In this document: positions 8,226 to 17,814 of the stretch, one piece after another
Layout: each line of letters begins with the position of its first letter
Position numbering within the stretch: the stretch's first letter is position 1
Assembly (NCBI GenBank): GCA_964487465.1
Contig: CAZAQI010000003.1
Location: forward strand, 1 to 51,555
Length of the DNA stretch: 51,555 bases
Direction of reading: 5' to 3'
Source: an uncultured Candidatus Bathyarchaeia archaeon
GTDB lineage: Archaea > Thermoproteota > Bathyarchaeia > TCS64
Made by a program: the position numbers and the translations under genes
The notes under the pieces: model-generated
The model's database searches: none
What the model saw: the letters and a program-made list of their open reading frames with translations, nothing else
Told to the model about the DNA's origin: nothing

Positions 8226-9677
8226 ATGAACTCAAATAAGAAACAAGCATTGTCTTGGCTAGAAACTCATAGCAGTGAGATGTATGATATGAGCGACCAG
8301 CTCTTCAAATGGGCTGAGCCAGGGCTACGAGAATACAAATCCAGTACACACTTGGCAGAGTACATGAAAAAACAGGGATTCAACGTAGAAATGAATATAG
8401 CGGATATGCCCACGGCCTTCAACTCAACATGGGGCGAGAAAGGTCCAGTAATTGGCTTCTTCGCGGAATACGATGCAACCCCAGGTCACAGTCAGAAACC
8501 CGTACACTATGAAGAACCCGATGTCCCCTACGGCCCCGGGTTCACCGACGCCCACAACATGCTGGGAGTAGCCGGGTGTTTCGCCGCCGCAGCCTTCAAA
8601 CATGTCATGGAGGAGAATAACCTAGATGCTCAGATCAGACTTCTAGGAACCCCTGCTGAGAAAATGTGCGTTGGAAAACCATACATGGCAAGGGATGGTT
8701 GGTTCGATGGTATGGATTGTCTTCTTGCATGGCACCCCGGTGGTCCAACAACAGTACTGGGTGAGGTCTGGCCACGCACCTATAAATCCAAAGTATATAC
8801 TTTCAAGGTCAAGGATGCTGCTGAGGGTCAGAGCGGAGCAGTAACCTATCCAGGAACTCTGGACGCCGCTGTATTGATGTATAATAACGTTAACATGATG
8901 AAGGAACATATGCCCGCCCTTATGCGGCGTGGAGGCAGCATCAACGAGTTTATGATGACCGGCGGTCAATGTACCGTCGCCAACCCAGTACTTAGCCAGG
9001 TGGTTTATGCTTGGAGAAACAGCAAATTAGATGATCAGAAGGCCGTGGAGAGGGTTATTGACCGATGCGCTGAGGGTGCAGCACTAGTAGCAGACTGCAA
9101 AGTTGAGCCAAGGGTGCTTACTGCAGTACGAACAGGTTTACCTAACACAGTGTTGAAAGGCGTAGTATGGAAAAACCTCATGGAGATAGGGACACCAGCC
9201 TATACCGAGGAGGATAAAGAGTTCGCCAGAGAGATACAGCGAAACATGGGACTAGACCCCCTTGATGAACCCATGTATACTGAGATTGTGCCTCCAGAGA
9301 AAGCATACGGGGATTTCCACCCAGCTGACGATGTGAATGAGTTCACATGGCACTGTCCAACAGCACGCCTCTACGTAAGCAAAGCCATGCAACCCATACC
9401 AGGTGTTAATTACCCAAGATGGGCGAGTAGCGCCTTATGCGGATCAGGTGTAACCCATAAAATGGGTATGTGCGCAGCCCAGATACTGGTATTAAGCGCC
9501 ATAGATCTGGTGGAAACCCCTGAACATCTAGCAGACGCATGGTCTGAGTTCCGGGAACGCAGGAAAAAACAATACGAGGGACCCTTGTTAGCAGGGGGAT
9601 TAAAGCCCCCTGTTGAGCTACGTTGGCCTGAGTGGGTTGACCGCCCAGGATCCGAGTGGTGGATCCCACCCCAGTAG
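8226..9677 (+). CDS. M20D/AbgB-like amidohydrolase paralogue 1 (divergent metal-site motif)
   Basis: It is collinear with the ORF at 49142..50590 (MPTAF..TWGE..PVIGF..EYDA.PG ... GTPAEK). The canonical GHGCGHN motif is replaced by GFTDAHN. Confidence 0.7.
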   Translation: MNSNKKQALSWLETHSSEMYDMSDQLFKWAEPGLREYKSSTHLAEYMKKQGFNVEMNIADMPTAFNSTWGEKGPVIGFFAEYDATPGHSQKPVHYEEPDVPYGPGFTDAHNMLGVAGCFAAAAFKHVMEENNLDAQIRLLGTPAEKMCVGKPYMARDGWFDGMDCLLAWHPGGPTTVLGEVWPRTYKSKVYTFKVKDAAEGQSGAVTYPGTLDAAVLMYNNVNMMKEHMPALMRRGGSINEFMMTGGQCTVANPVLSQVVYAWRNSKLDDQKAVERVIDRCAEGAALVADCKVEPRVLTAVRTGLPNTVLKGVVWKNLMEIGTPAYTEEDKEFAREIQRNMGLDPLDEPMYTEIVPPEKAYGDFHPADDVNEFTWHCPTARLYVSKAMQPIPGVNYPRWASSALCGSGVTHKMGMCAAQILVLSAIDLVETPEHLADAWSEFRERRKKQYEGPLLAGGLKPPVELRWPEWVDRPGSEWWIPPQ

Positions 9678-9678
9678 C

Positions 9679-11526
9679 TTACTTGAAGTAACTAGGTGGG
9701 AGGATATCTCCTTCTTTCTCCAGTTCCTTCAGCCCCTTCTTAATCCTATTGTGAACTGCCCAAAAGGCTTCAGGTATGCCCTCTTCATCACCGTACAGAT
9801 CCTCCATGCGCGCCTGTTTCTCTAAATACTTCTTGACGCGTATGCTGAACTGTTCAATGTATTCTTTCTCGGTGTATTCTCTCTTGAATACTTTCTTGAA
9901 TAGGCTCCGTAGGTCCTCATACCTGGGGAGATACCCTACAGGGGTCTCGATGGCATCGTACTCTCCATGGACTCGCCCCTCAGCCCAGATTACCCAGACC
10001 TTCTTATCCACTTTCTCGTTCAGGTACTCTCCATTCTCGTTTTTGATGAAGTAGTTGGTGCTAAATACTCTGGGTGTGTTCTTTAGTCTGTTCCCGAAGT
10101 CAATGTGGTTATTCAGGTATAATCCGAAGGGAACTACCATAAAGTCCATTATAGCCATGGGGCTGCTCTTCCGTACACCCGCTTTTCCAATGGTTGCGCT
10201 GGTAGTCTCGCTCTCTATTGTTGCACCCATGTATACCCCGTGTTCCCATGTGAGAGCCTCACTGATGGGTACGTTGGTGTCGCTGTCTCGACCTCCATAG
10301 AAGACTCCATGTATGATATGTCCCTCTGGGTCATCCCAGTTAGGATCAACGTTATCCAGTTCCTTGAGCCTAATAGTGTACCGCGCGTTTGGATGAGCTA
10401 ATGGTATCAAGTTTCCATCCTCATCTTTCTTGCCCTTATACCATTCACCGCTGTGGTTGATACCTGTCTCAGGGTACTCCTCCTCTCTTAATCCCATACT
10501 CAGCCAGTAGGGTTCCCCCTTGTGAATCAAGACATTGCTGAAGATCATCTCCCTAGGTGTGGTCAATGTCTTGTAGATAACGGGGTCATCTACAGGGTTA
10601 ACATCTCTGATTATGCCAAAGACCCCAGCCTCTATGTTGACAGCTCTGCAGTTGTCTTTGTCATCTTCTCGTAGGTATGCTATATCATCCCCCACGATGG
10701 TCATACCTGGGATCATGGCTGTGCTGGTCTTGCCACACGCTGATGGATACGCCCCTGTGAAGTACGTTACCCTGTTTCTATCCGGTGCCTTAACACCCAT
10801 GATCAACATGTGTTCTGTTAGCCAGTCACTATTGTTTGCCTTGTAAATAGCCAGTCTTAACGCCAGTTTCTTTAACCCCAGGCTGTTACCCGCGTACTGG
10901 TTATTAACGGAATAAACTTTGCCGTCTATGAGGTCCACGTAGATGCGTCGCTTATCTATATCCACGGTGGTGTTCCTCTCATCAAGCCTACCGGCGCTGT
11001 GAACAAAGGTGAAGAAATCATCGCCACCTTCCAGTCTCTTGAACTCCTTGTACCCGTTCCTGTATAGGATATCCTCGCTATGAGCGACATATGCACTATC
11101 CGTTATCTGTAGGGCTCGCTGGGTGAACCTGCTGTTGGTTGGCCCTAGACTGAAGAACCGTATCATACAGGTCTTCCCCTCCATGACGCCATCCATGATG
11201 CTCAGTACTTCCTCAAGTCCCTCTGTTCTATTGATGGTGTTGATGCCTTTGCTCATCTCCATATCAGGCGGTTTGAGCACCCGAGTGTTCTCCTTGTCTC
11301 TAGCCTGATCATAGTAGCTATCATAGTGGACCGTATGTCCCTCCATCTTAAGCCTCATCTCCTCACCTAGATCAATGGCTAGCTGCCTAACCCTCGCGAC
11401 ATCTTCCTCGGTGTCATCAAAGACTATGGTTTTTTCTGGCTTGCATATTTCAAGGAATCTTTTCACCTGTTCCATCACATGGGCGTTGTTAAGCGCCTTC
11501 AGCTTACTCAGGCTATCTTTATCCAT
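9679..11526 (-). CDS. pckG: Phosphoenolpyruvate carboxykinase (GTP)
   Basis: Kinase-1a motif YPSACGKTS, plus HPNARYT. Length is about 615 aa. The ATG at 11526 (MDKDSL...) is more plausible than the TTG at 11547 given in the track. Confidence 0.9.
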   Translation of the reverse strand: MDKDSLSKLKALNNAHVMEQVKRFLEICKPEKTIVFDDTEEDVARVRQLAIDLGEEMRLKMEGHTVHYDSYYDQARDKENTRVLKPPDMEMSKGINTINRTEGLEEVLSIMDGVMEGKTCMIRFFSLGPTNSRFTQRALQITDSAYVAHSEDILYRNGYKEFKRLEGGDDFFTFVHSAGRLDERNTTVDIDKRRIYVDLIDGKVYSVNNQYAGNSLGLKKLALRLAIYKANNSDWLTEHMLIMGVKAPDRNRVTYFTGAYPSACGKTSTAMIPGMTIVGDDIAYLREDDKDNCRAVNIEAGVFGIIRDVNPVDDPVIYKTLTTPREMIFSNVLIHKGEPYWLSMGLREEEYPETGINHSGEWYKGKKDEDGNLIPLAHPNARYTIRLKELDNVDPNWDDPEGHIIHGVFYGGRDSDTNVPISEALTWEHGVYMGATIESETTSATIGKAGVRKSSPMAIMDFMVVPFGLYLNNHIDFGNRLKNTPRVFSTNYFIKNENGEYLNEKVDKKVWVIWAEGRVHGEYDAIETPVGYLPRYEDLRSLFKKVFKREYTEKEYIEQFSIRVKKYLEKQARMEDLYGDEEGIPEAFWAVHNRIKKGLKELEKEGDILPPSYFK

Positions 11527-11613
11527 GTAGGTTAATAATGAACTCAATATCTATCTGATTTCATAATCAATAGACCATATTAGATTTATCGGTCAAAAAA
11601 AGGGTAAAATGTA

Positions 11614-11625
11614 ATATTTTTAAAG
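11614..11625 (+). promoter_or_regulatory. Candidate TATA-like box in the divergent pckG/creatininase intergenic region
   Basis: ATATTTTTAAAG lies about 40 nt upstream of the ATG at 11662. Confidence 0.25.
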
Positions 11626-11661
11626 ACAATCGTTAAAACCCATTAAAGCCCCCTTATTTTC

Positions 11662-12507
11662 ATGTCTGAAAACGGTAAACTTAGCAAATTCTGGGTGCAG
11701 GAACTAACACGACCAGCCTTTGAGAACTGGATGGAGAACGAGCCAGACCCATTGGTAATCATAGGGATCGGAGCTATTGAGCAGCATGGTATCCATCTTC
11801 CATTAGGTACTGACAGTCTGGGTGTTAGAGCTTTCATCCATGAGATAGCCAGCCGCACAAACAGTGTATGTATCCACCCCTGCTGGGCAGGGTACAGTCC
11901 ACACCACATGGCTTTCCCAGGATCAGTAACTTTCTCAGCAGAGACCCTGCTGAACATATTACTGGAGACTATCGAGAGCTTCGCGACCCATGGAGTCAAA
12001 CGATTTGTCTTGGTAAACCACCATGGCGGAAACACTAATACCATGAACCTAGCAGTCCAGATAGCCAGAAGAGAGTACAAGGTAATGATAGCCACCCCAA
12101 GCGGCCCCAAAAACACCGAGACCGCCAAAAAGATACAGGACAGGATGGCACGATACTTTGAGGTCCACAGTGGGCCAAGGGAGACAGCTTATGCTCTTCA
12201 CTATTTCCCCGAATTAGTAGAGATGTGGAGATTGGACGACTGGGAGAACGGCATGATACTACCCGAAGAAATACAAGAGTTCATGGATCCCGATAGAGAG
12301 GACTATGAACTGGTGAAACAGGTATTCAACGCTTCGCTACCACCAAACACAGAGGACATCACAAGAAATGGGCAGTACGCGACCAGCGACCCAAGGAAGG
12401 CTGATGTAGAGGAAGCCGAGGTTAGCATGGAGGAGTCTATCCAGTTCATAGTTGACTTCATAAAACTATGGAAATCTATCCCCATCCCAAAAGGATACAG
12501 GGATTAA
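11662..12507 (+). CDS. Creatininase-family amidohydrolase (copy 2)
   Basis: IGAIEQHGIHLPLGTDS and LVNHHGGN motifs. The N-terminus MSENGKLSKFW..ELTRPAFE is nearly identical to copy 1. Confidence 0.8.
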   Translation: MSENGKLSKFWVQELTRPAFENWMENEPDPLVIIGIGAIEQHGIHLPLGTDSLGVRAFIHEIASRTNSVCIHPCWAGYSPHHMAFPGSVTFSAETLLNILLETIESFATHGVKRFVLVNHHGGNTNTMNLAVQIARREYKVMIATPSGPKNTETAKKIQDRMARYFEVHSGPRETAYALHYFPELVEMWRLDDWENGMILPEEIQEFMDPDREDYELVKQVFNASLPPNTEDITRNGQYATSDPRKADVEEAEVSMEESIQFIVDFIKLWKSIPIPKGYRD

Positions 12508-12569
12508 TTCACCCCCTTTATTCAACTAGGTGTTTTTAAGTAATAATAACTATAATACACTGATATTCA

Positions 12570-13283
12570 ATGCCCTATTGTCCTGAATGTGGAACAGAGA
12601 TAGATGAAAATGACGAGGTTTGCAGTAATTGTGGTAGCAGAATAAGCAGCTCATCCCCAGCACCAGCTGGTGACGTGGATGCTGTTGGACACCTTACAAC
12701 CGCCTTTAACCTAGCTATGGCTCAACCCATGGTATTCATACCCGCCATACTTGGAGGCGTAATCAGCAGTGTACTAAGCTGGATAGCCACCCGACTGGGC
12801 TTCGTAGCAGCCAGCTTCGGGTTCTTCAGAGGATTCGCCATATTTACAGCCATCTTTGGAATGATAGGTGCGTTCTTCGTATACATCTTAGGCTTCGCTA
12901 CCATCGATATGGGGAGGGACGCCTACTTTAATAGACCTCTCAGCCTAGGTGAGAGCATAGGATATGTTACAGGTCGGTTAGTAGATTTCATCATAGCAAG
13001 TATAGTCGGTGCAATCCTTGGTATCACTGTGATCTTGATCCCAGTGGTATCATTGATGTTCGTAGTCATGGTAATGGATGAAGTCGGAGTGGGAACCGCG
13101 TTAAGCAAATCATTCGACGTGATCACAGCAGACCTAGGTGACATCGTAATAGTGATATTGGTAAGCATCATTGGATCAGCCCTCTTAGGTTATGTACCTG
13201 TTATTTCTGGTCTGCTCAAATCCGCCTTAACCGTGGTAATAAACCTAGCCTTCATAGACATCTATCATCATTACAGAAGCTAA
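12570..13283 (+). CDS. Zinc-ribbon domain membrane protein, function unknown
   Basis: N-terminal CPECG...CSNCG zinc ribbon, followed by about 5 hydrophobic helices. Confidence 0.55.
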   Translation: MPYCPECGTEIDENDEVCSNCGSRISSSSPAPAGDVDAVGHLTTAFNLAMAQPMVFIPAILGGVISSVLSWIATRLGFVAASFGFFRGFAIFTAIFGMIGAFFVYILGFATIDMGRDAYFNRPLSLGESIGYVTGRLVDFIIASIVGAILGITVILIPVVSLMFVVMVMDEVGVGTALSKSFDVITADLGDIVIVILVSIIGSALLGYVPVISGLLKSALTVVINLAFIDIYHHYRS

Positions 13284-13287
13284 ACAC

Positions 13288-14127
13288 TTATTCCCTCAAC
13301 TTTTTCTCTTCTTTTTTATCCATATGAACAGAATGTTCTTCTCCCGGATACTTTGAGCTTCGCACATCATCTCTGAATAGTTTAAATGCCTCGGTAATAT
13401 TCTCGTTGAGGTTCGCGTAGAGTTTCACAAATGGTGGCTGCCTCTCATAGAAGCCTAACAGATCGTGGCTGAGAACCACCTGACCATCACAATAAGGACC
13501 AGCACCGATACCAATTGTGGGTATCTCAAGCTCCTCTGTGATTATCTTTGCCGCCTCAACTGTCACAAACTCGATAACCACGCTAAAGGCGCCAGCCTTT
13601 TCCAATGCTTTCGCATCCTCCAATATCGCATTAGCTGTTTCAGCGTCTTTCCCCTGTATCTTGAAAGCTCCACCTACTGAAGCCCGCTGAGGCATCAAAC
13701 CGATATGAGCCTGAACAGGGATCCCTGTCTCAACTAGTGCCTGAACTATGGGGGCTACCTCTTTACCACCTTCAAGCTTGACGGCGTCAGCTCCCCCCTC
13801 TTGTATGAGTCGTGTAGCGTTTCGTTTTGTCTCCACCGTGCTAATATGATAGCTCATAAAGGGCATATCTGCTACGATCAACGGTGTTTTTGCTCCCCGT
13901 ACTACCGCCTTCGTATGATGGATAATATCTTCCACTGTTACAGGCACAGGGTTCTCATAGCCGAGAACCACCATACCGACACTATCACCTACCAGTATCA
14001 TATCTAGCCCAGATTTCTCCACAAGTAAAGCAGTAGGATAATCATAGGCTGTTGTCATGGTGATCTTCTCACCTTTCTCTTTCATCTCACAGAGCTTGGA
14101 GATTGTTATCTTAGACAAATTGAACAC
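13288..14127 (-). CDS. panB: 3-methyl-2-oxobutanoate hydroxymethyltransferase
   Basis: MTTAYDYPTALLVEKSGLDMILVGDSVGMVVLGY and VKLEGG motifs. GTG start at 14127. Confidence 0.9.
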   Translation of the reverse strand: MFNLSKITISKLCEMKEKGEKITMTTAYDYPTALLVEKSGLDMILVGDSVGMVVLGYENPVPVTVEDIIHHTKAVVRGAKTPLIVADMPFMSYHISTVETKRNATRLIQEGGADAVKLEGGKEVAPIVQALVETGIPVQAHIGLMPQRASVGGAFKIQGKDAETANAILEDAKALEKAGAFSVVIEFVTVEAAKIITEELEIPTIGIGAGPYCDGQVVLSHDLLGFYERQPPFVKLYANLNENITEAFKLFRDDVRSSKYPGEEHSVHMDKKEEKKLRE

Positions 14128-14308
14128 CTATTTGAGAGGCGTTTTATGGAAATAAAAAATGACTTACTACATCATTTCTGAGAAAAAGTTCCTATACAAA
14201 TATTCTGGTATCTACTTCATTAGCGAAGACTAGAACAATCAAGGATCTGTAACTTTTCCAGAAAGAAATAATCTATGTATTTGGATAATTCAAGGCTAAA
14301 AAGGAAGA

Positions 14309-17080
14309 TTATCTTATTTTACCGTTTTTTACCTTCTCTATCCTGATCTTCTCTGCGTCGGTTTTCAGCTGCTTGCCTTGGAGATAAGCTTTACCCCCCT
14401 GGGCCTCCAACGTATACTTTAGGAACTCCTCGAATGAGATCTTCTCAAATTTGTACTCCTCTACTCCATCAACATACACCTGGTCTCCAGGCTCGCTCTT
14501 CTCAGGGTTCAGTATTCCAACGTTCTCACCATCGTCTCCAGCTAGTAGCATCCCCTCACTGAGCTCGCCTCTTAGCTTCGCTGGCTCTAGGTTAGTAACT
14601 ACTACTAGGTTCTTGCCTAGCAGATCATTCGGATCAGGATAGTGTGGTTTCAGTCCAGCACATAGCTGTCTTTCCTCGTCACCGAGATCAATCTTCAACA
14701 AGTATAGCTTATCCGCGTTAGGATGATCCTTTATCTCGGTTACCTTGGCTACTTTGAGGTTTAACGCTGAGACATCAACGGGGTTAACAAGCCTATATTC
14801 ACCACCACAGTACTCCGTGATGAGCTCACACATCTCGACCAGCGCCCCCTCCAAGTATAAACCCGTGGTTTTCTCGTTACCCTGCACATAGAGTAGAAGA
14901 TTCTCTGTATCAAAACCGATCTTGGTGTGTTGTCCCTGCTTTACATCAAGCCAGCATAGGACTTTTTCCTCGTCCATCATAGCGAATTTACCGGGCTGAA
15001 TCTTCTCAGGCTCCGTCTCACCCAACGGTGTATACAGCTCATTTCCTCTTGTTACCCCGAGTTCTAGGTCACCTTTGATATTATCCAAGTCGTGGAGTCC
15101 AGCGCTGACGAGTTTCTCTGCTGACACTAGGTTATAGCTGTCGACAGCCGTGTTAATTGTTGGGAAGTTTCCATTTTCCTTAACCAATTTAACCAGATGA
15201 ACCGCAGAGTTCTCTACATCAACCTTGAATTTCTTATAGATCTTGTTGTAAGCCTCAACAATGGGGTTATGTTCCAAGTCAATATCCTTGACAATGTCTG
15301 CTACCTGTTTCTTGAGCTTCTCCAAATCACTGTCAGATTTCTCAATATCGACGCCCTCAATGATGGCTAGTTTAACCTCTACACCAAGCTTGGCTATCCT
15401 TGGATCCATCTCAAAGTTGATCTCCCTCTTCTCCGGCTCTGGTTCAGGGGTCTTGATCTCGATGGGGTCAATCTTTCTCAATATTATCTCGGCCTCGCCA
15501 AGTTGATGATCTTCTACTCTTTTATCAATGTCATCCCATGTGAGGTTCTCCAAGTTCAGCTGCTTCTCGATCTTCTCAGCGAAAAGGGGCATGATAGGTT
15601 TAATCATTATAGCTATGTTTTTCACGATGTATACGCAGTCGGTTAATAGTCTCTGCGTTTTCTCTGGGTCTGTTTTACGATGCTCCCATGGGGCATTATC
15701 CTGAAAATACTTGTTACCTGTGCTACTTATTTCCAATATCCTGTTTACAGCTTCTCTGAATTCGTAGTTATCATAGGCCTCATAGACCTTCATGGATTTC
15801 TCGTGGATATCCTCAAGTAGTTTCTCGTTATCGCTCTTCGTTGTCTTGCCGTCAAAGTATTTCCCTGTAAAACTCATAACCCTGTAGACGAGGTTAGCTA
15901 GGTTTGACACCAGTTCATTGTTGATCCTGTTCTCAAGATTCTTCAGATCCAGATCTATGTCTGTCATGGTGTGACTCAGGTTAGCTGCGTAGAAGAACCT
16001 CAACAATTCTGGGTCAAGATACTTCTGGAACTCCTCGGCTGTTAGGAATGTACCTCTGCTCTTGCTCATCTTCTCCCCGTTAACAGTCAGAAAACCATGT
16101 ACAACTATGTTGTCAGGTACATGGAACCCTGCTCCATGGAGTACCGCGGGCCAGAAAAGTAGATGAAAATAGATTATGTCCTTACCTATGAAGTGAATTA
16201 TTTCATGTTCGTCTGTCTGCCATATGTCATCAGCACTGAACTCCTTATCCTTGCAGTAATTAGCGGTAGAGGCTATGTAGCCAATAGGTGCGTCTAACCA
16301 TACGTAGAAGTATTTATCCTCCTCCCCCGGTATCTTGAAACCAAAATATGGCCCATCTCTGCTGATACACCAGTCCTCTAGGCCATCGTTTACCCATGTT
16401 AATACCTGATTCCTTATCTCCGGCTGAAGTCTCTTATTATTGTTCAACCAGTCTCTAAGCCAGTCACTGAACTCGCCCAGTTTAAAGAAGTAGTGACGGC
16501 TCTTTTTCCTTATCGGCGTGGCGCCGCATATGCTACAGTACGGGTTTAGCAAGTCAATGGTACTGTACGCTGTGTTACATTTCTCACAGACATCTCCATA
16601 CTGATCCTGAGCCCCACAATTCGGGCACGTACCTTTAACGAATCTATCTGGAAGGTATCTTTCACAGTTCTCACAGTAGGTTAACTCGATCTCCTTGGTG
16701 TATATGTGGCCTTTCTCTTTTAGACGATTGAAGATCAACTCCGTGTAATGCTTGTTCTCTGGACTATTGGTACTGTAATAACTATCAAAATCCACAAGAT
16801 AGTTATCATAATCCCTCTTGTGCTCCTTCCACCAACGATCAATAAAGTCCTCAGGTGAGACGCCCTCCTTGGCGGCGTTAATCTCGATGGGAGTGCCATG
16901 AGTATCCTCTGCGCCACAATAAATAGCGTCTCTACCGCTCATCTTGAGGAATCTAACATAGATATCTGTCTGAATATACTCTACCATGTGTCCTATGTGG
17001 ACCGGGCCGTTTGCGTAGATTAATGCGGATGTGATTAAGGTTTTCTTATTACTACTGCCTGTCAATTTTGTTGCCTCCAA
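14309..17080 (-). CDS. metG: Methionine--tRNA ligase with an inserted B3/4 domain, an EMAP/Trbp111-like tRNA-binding domain and a C-terminal tail
   Basis: HIGH motif (PVHIGHM), KMSKS motif (KMSKSRG) and four Cys knuckles (CENC, CPNCG, CEKC, CSICG). A B3/4-like segment FPTINTAVDSYNLVS...GLHDLD lies at about 14770..15425. An OB-fold segment HPNADKLYLLKIDLG...VVVTNLEPAKLRG follows. TTG start at 17080, with no ATG before the HIGH motif. Confidence 0.9.
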   Translation of the reverse strand: MEATKLTGSSNKKTLITSALIYANGPVHIGHMVEYIQTDIYVRFLKMSGRDAIYCGAEDTHGTPIEINAAKEGVSPEDFIDRWWKEHKRDYDNYLVDFDSYYSTNSPENKHYTELIFNRLKEKGHIYTKEIELTYCENCERYLPDRFVKGTCPNCGAQDQYGDVCEKCNTAYSTIDLLNPYCSICGATPIRKKSRHYFFKLGEFSDWLRDWLNNNKRLQPEIRNQVLTWVNDGLEDWCISRDGPYFGFKIPGEEDKYFYVWLDAPIGYIASTANYCKDKEFSADDIWQTDEHEIIHFIGKDIIYFHLLFWPAVLHGAGFHVPDNIVVHGFLTVNGEKMSKSRGTFLTAEEFQKYLDPELLRFFYAANLSHTMTDIDLDLKNLENRINNELVSNLANLVYRVMSFTGKYFDGKTTKSDNEKLLEDIHEKSMKVYEAYDNYEFREAVNRILEISSTGNKYFQDNAPWEHRKTDPEKTQRLLTDCVYIVKNIAIMIKPIMPLFAEKIEKQLNLENLTWDDIDKRVEDHQLGEAEIILRKIDPIEIKTPEPEPEKREINFEMDPRIAKLGVEVKLAIIEGVDIEKSDSDLEKLKKQVADIVKDIDLEHNPIVEAYNKIYKKFKVDVENSAVHLVKLVKENGNFPTINTAVDSYNLVSAEKLVSAGLHDLDNIKGDLELGVTRGNELYTPLGETEPEKIQPGKFAMMDEEKVLCWLDVKQGQHTKIGFDTENLLLYVQGNEKTTGLYLEGALVEMCELITEYCGGEYRLVNPVDVSALNLKVAKVTEIKDHPNADKLYLLKIDLGDEERQLCAGLKPHYPDPNDLLGKNLVVVTNLEPAKLRGELSEGMLLAGDDGENVGILNPEKSEPGDQVYVDGVEEYKFEKISFEEFLKYTLEAQGGKAYLQGKQLKTDAEKIRIEKVKNGKIR

Positions 17081-17378
17081 GATATGCGGTCACTAGGGTG
17101 GATTCCACAATATAATTCTAAGCCATAAACCAAGGGTTGACTAAAACCATCTGAAATCAACCGCTCAATAATCAATGATACTGTGAGTTCTATTAACACC
17201 CCAAAGTGTCTAACCTTCACAGATGCCTTGAACACATAAAAACATATAGCTCACAAACAAGAGCCTGTTCGTTAATTTATTATCCTCGACCATGGTTTTA
17301 GTCTTTGATTAAAGTGGCTGATGAGGGCTCACCGAGTATGGGCTGGCTTCAATTCTCTCATATGCCTCTGTATACTTC

Positions 17379-17645
17379 ATGAGCTGGAAAATAACCCATA
17401 AACCGAACCAAAACTTGTTTTCTCTACTTACTTATCCGGTTTACTATCTAGGCGTCTTATACCCCGTGTATCTTCTAGCGAGTAGAGCAGGATACGCACA
17501 TCTTCTAGTGGGGATTAAACACGCTGTTTACTCATGGCTTTTCTCCGGGTTCAGTTTATGGGTATTAACTGCTAAAACGAGTTTCATTTTCCTTGTCTTA
17601 TTATACTATGCTTCTTACTGGGGACTTTACCGGGCGCATACATAG
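17379..17645 (+). CDS. Small membrane protein M1, an N-terminally truncated paralogue of 25237..25710 (possibly a decaying gene)
   Basis: Gap-free alignment with M2 over 36 positions (xY...A.R.....L.V....A.YSW). Homology continues upstream of the ATG to a TGA at 17322-17324 with no start codon. Confidence 0.4.
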   Translation: MSWKITHKPNQNLFSLLTYPVYYLGVLYPVYLLASRAGYAHLLVGIKHAVYSWLFSGFSLWVLTAKTSFIFLVLLYYASYWGLYRAHT

Positions 17646-17814
17646 CATTTAGTAGACAAATACGCCGAGAAGCATCAGATGAGCTAAAGGAATCAACAAA
17701 CACCATTGAAACATAGTATATGATGGAGAAAGGATTGTTCTAGGGCTTAGATCTAAATCCTGAAGAAGTAGCTGAGGTAATCAAAGAAGTCTATTTAAAA
17801 TCACAGAAAACAAG

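Noticed and set aside
17317-17325. A C-box-like GCTGATGAG and other TGATGA-like strings (for example 44643..44651) in spacers, considered as possible C/D box sRNAs.
   Set aside because: I found no matching CTGA D box at the right distance and no terminal stem. The string at 17317 also overlaps the relic coding frame of M1.
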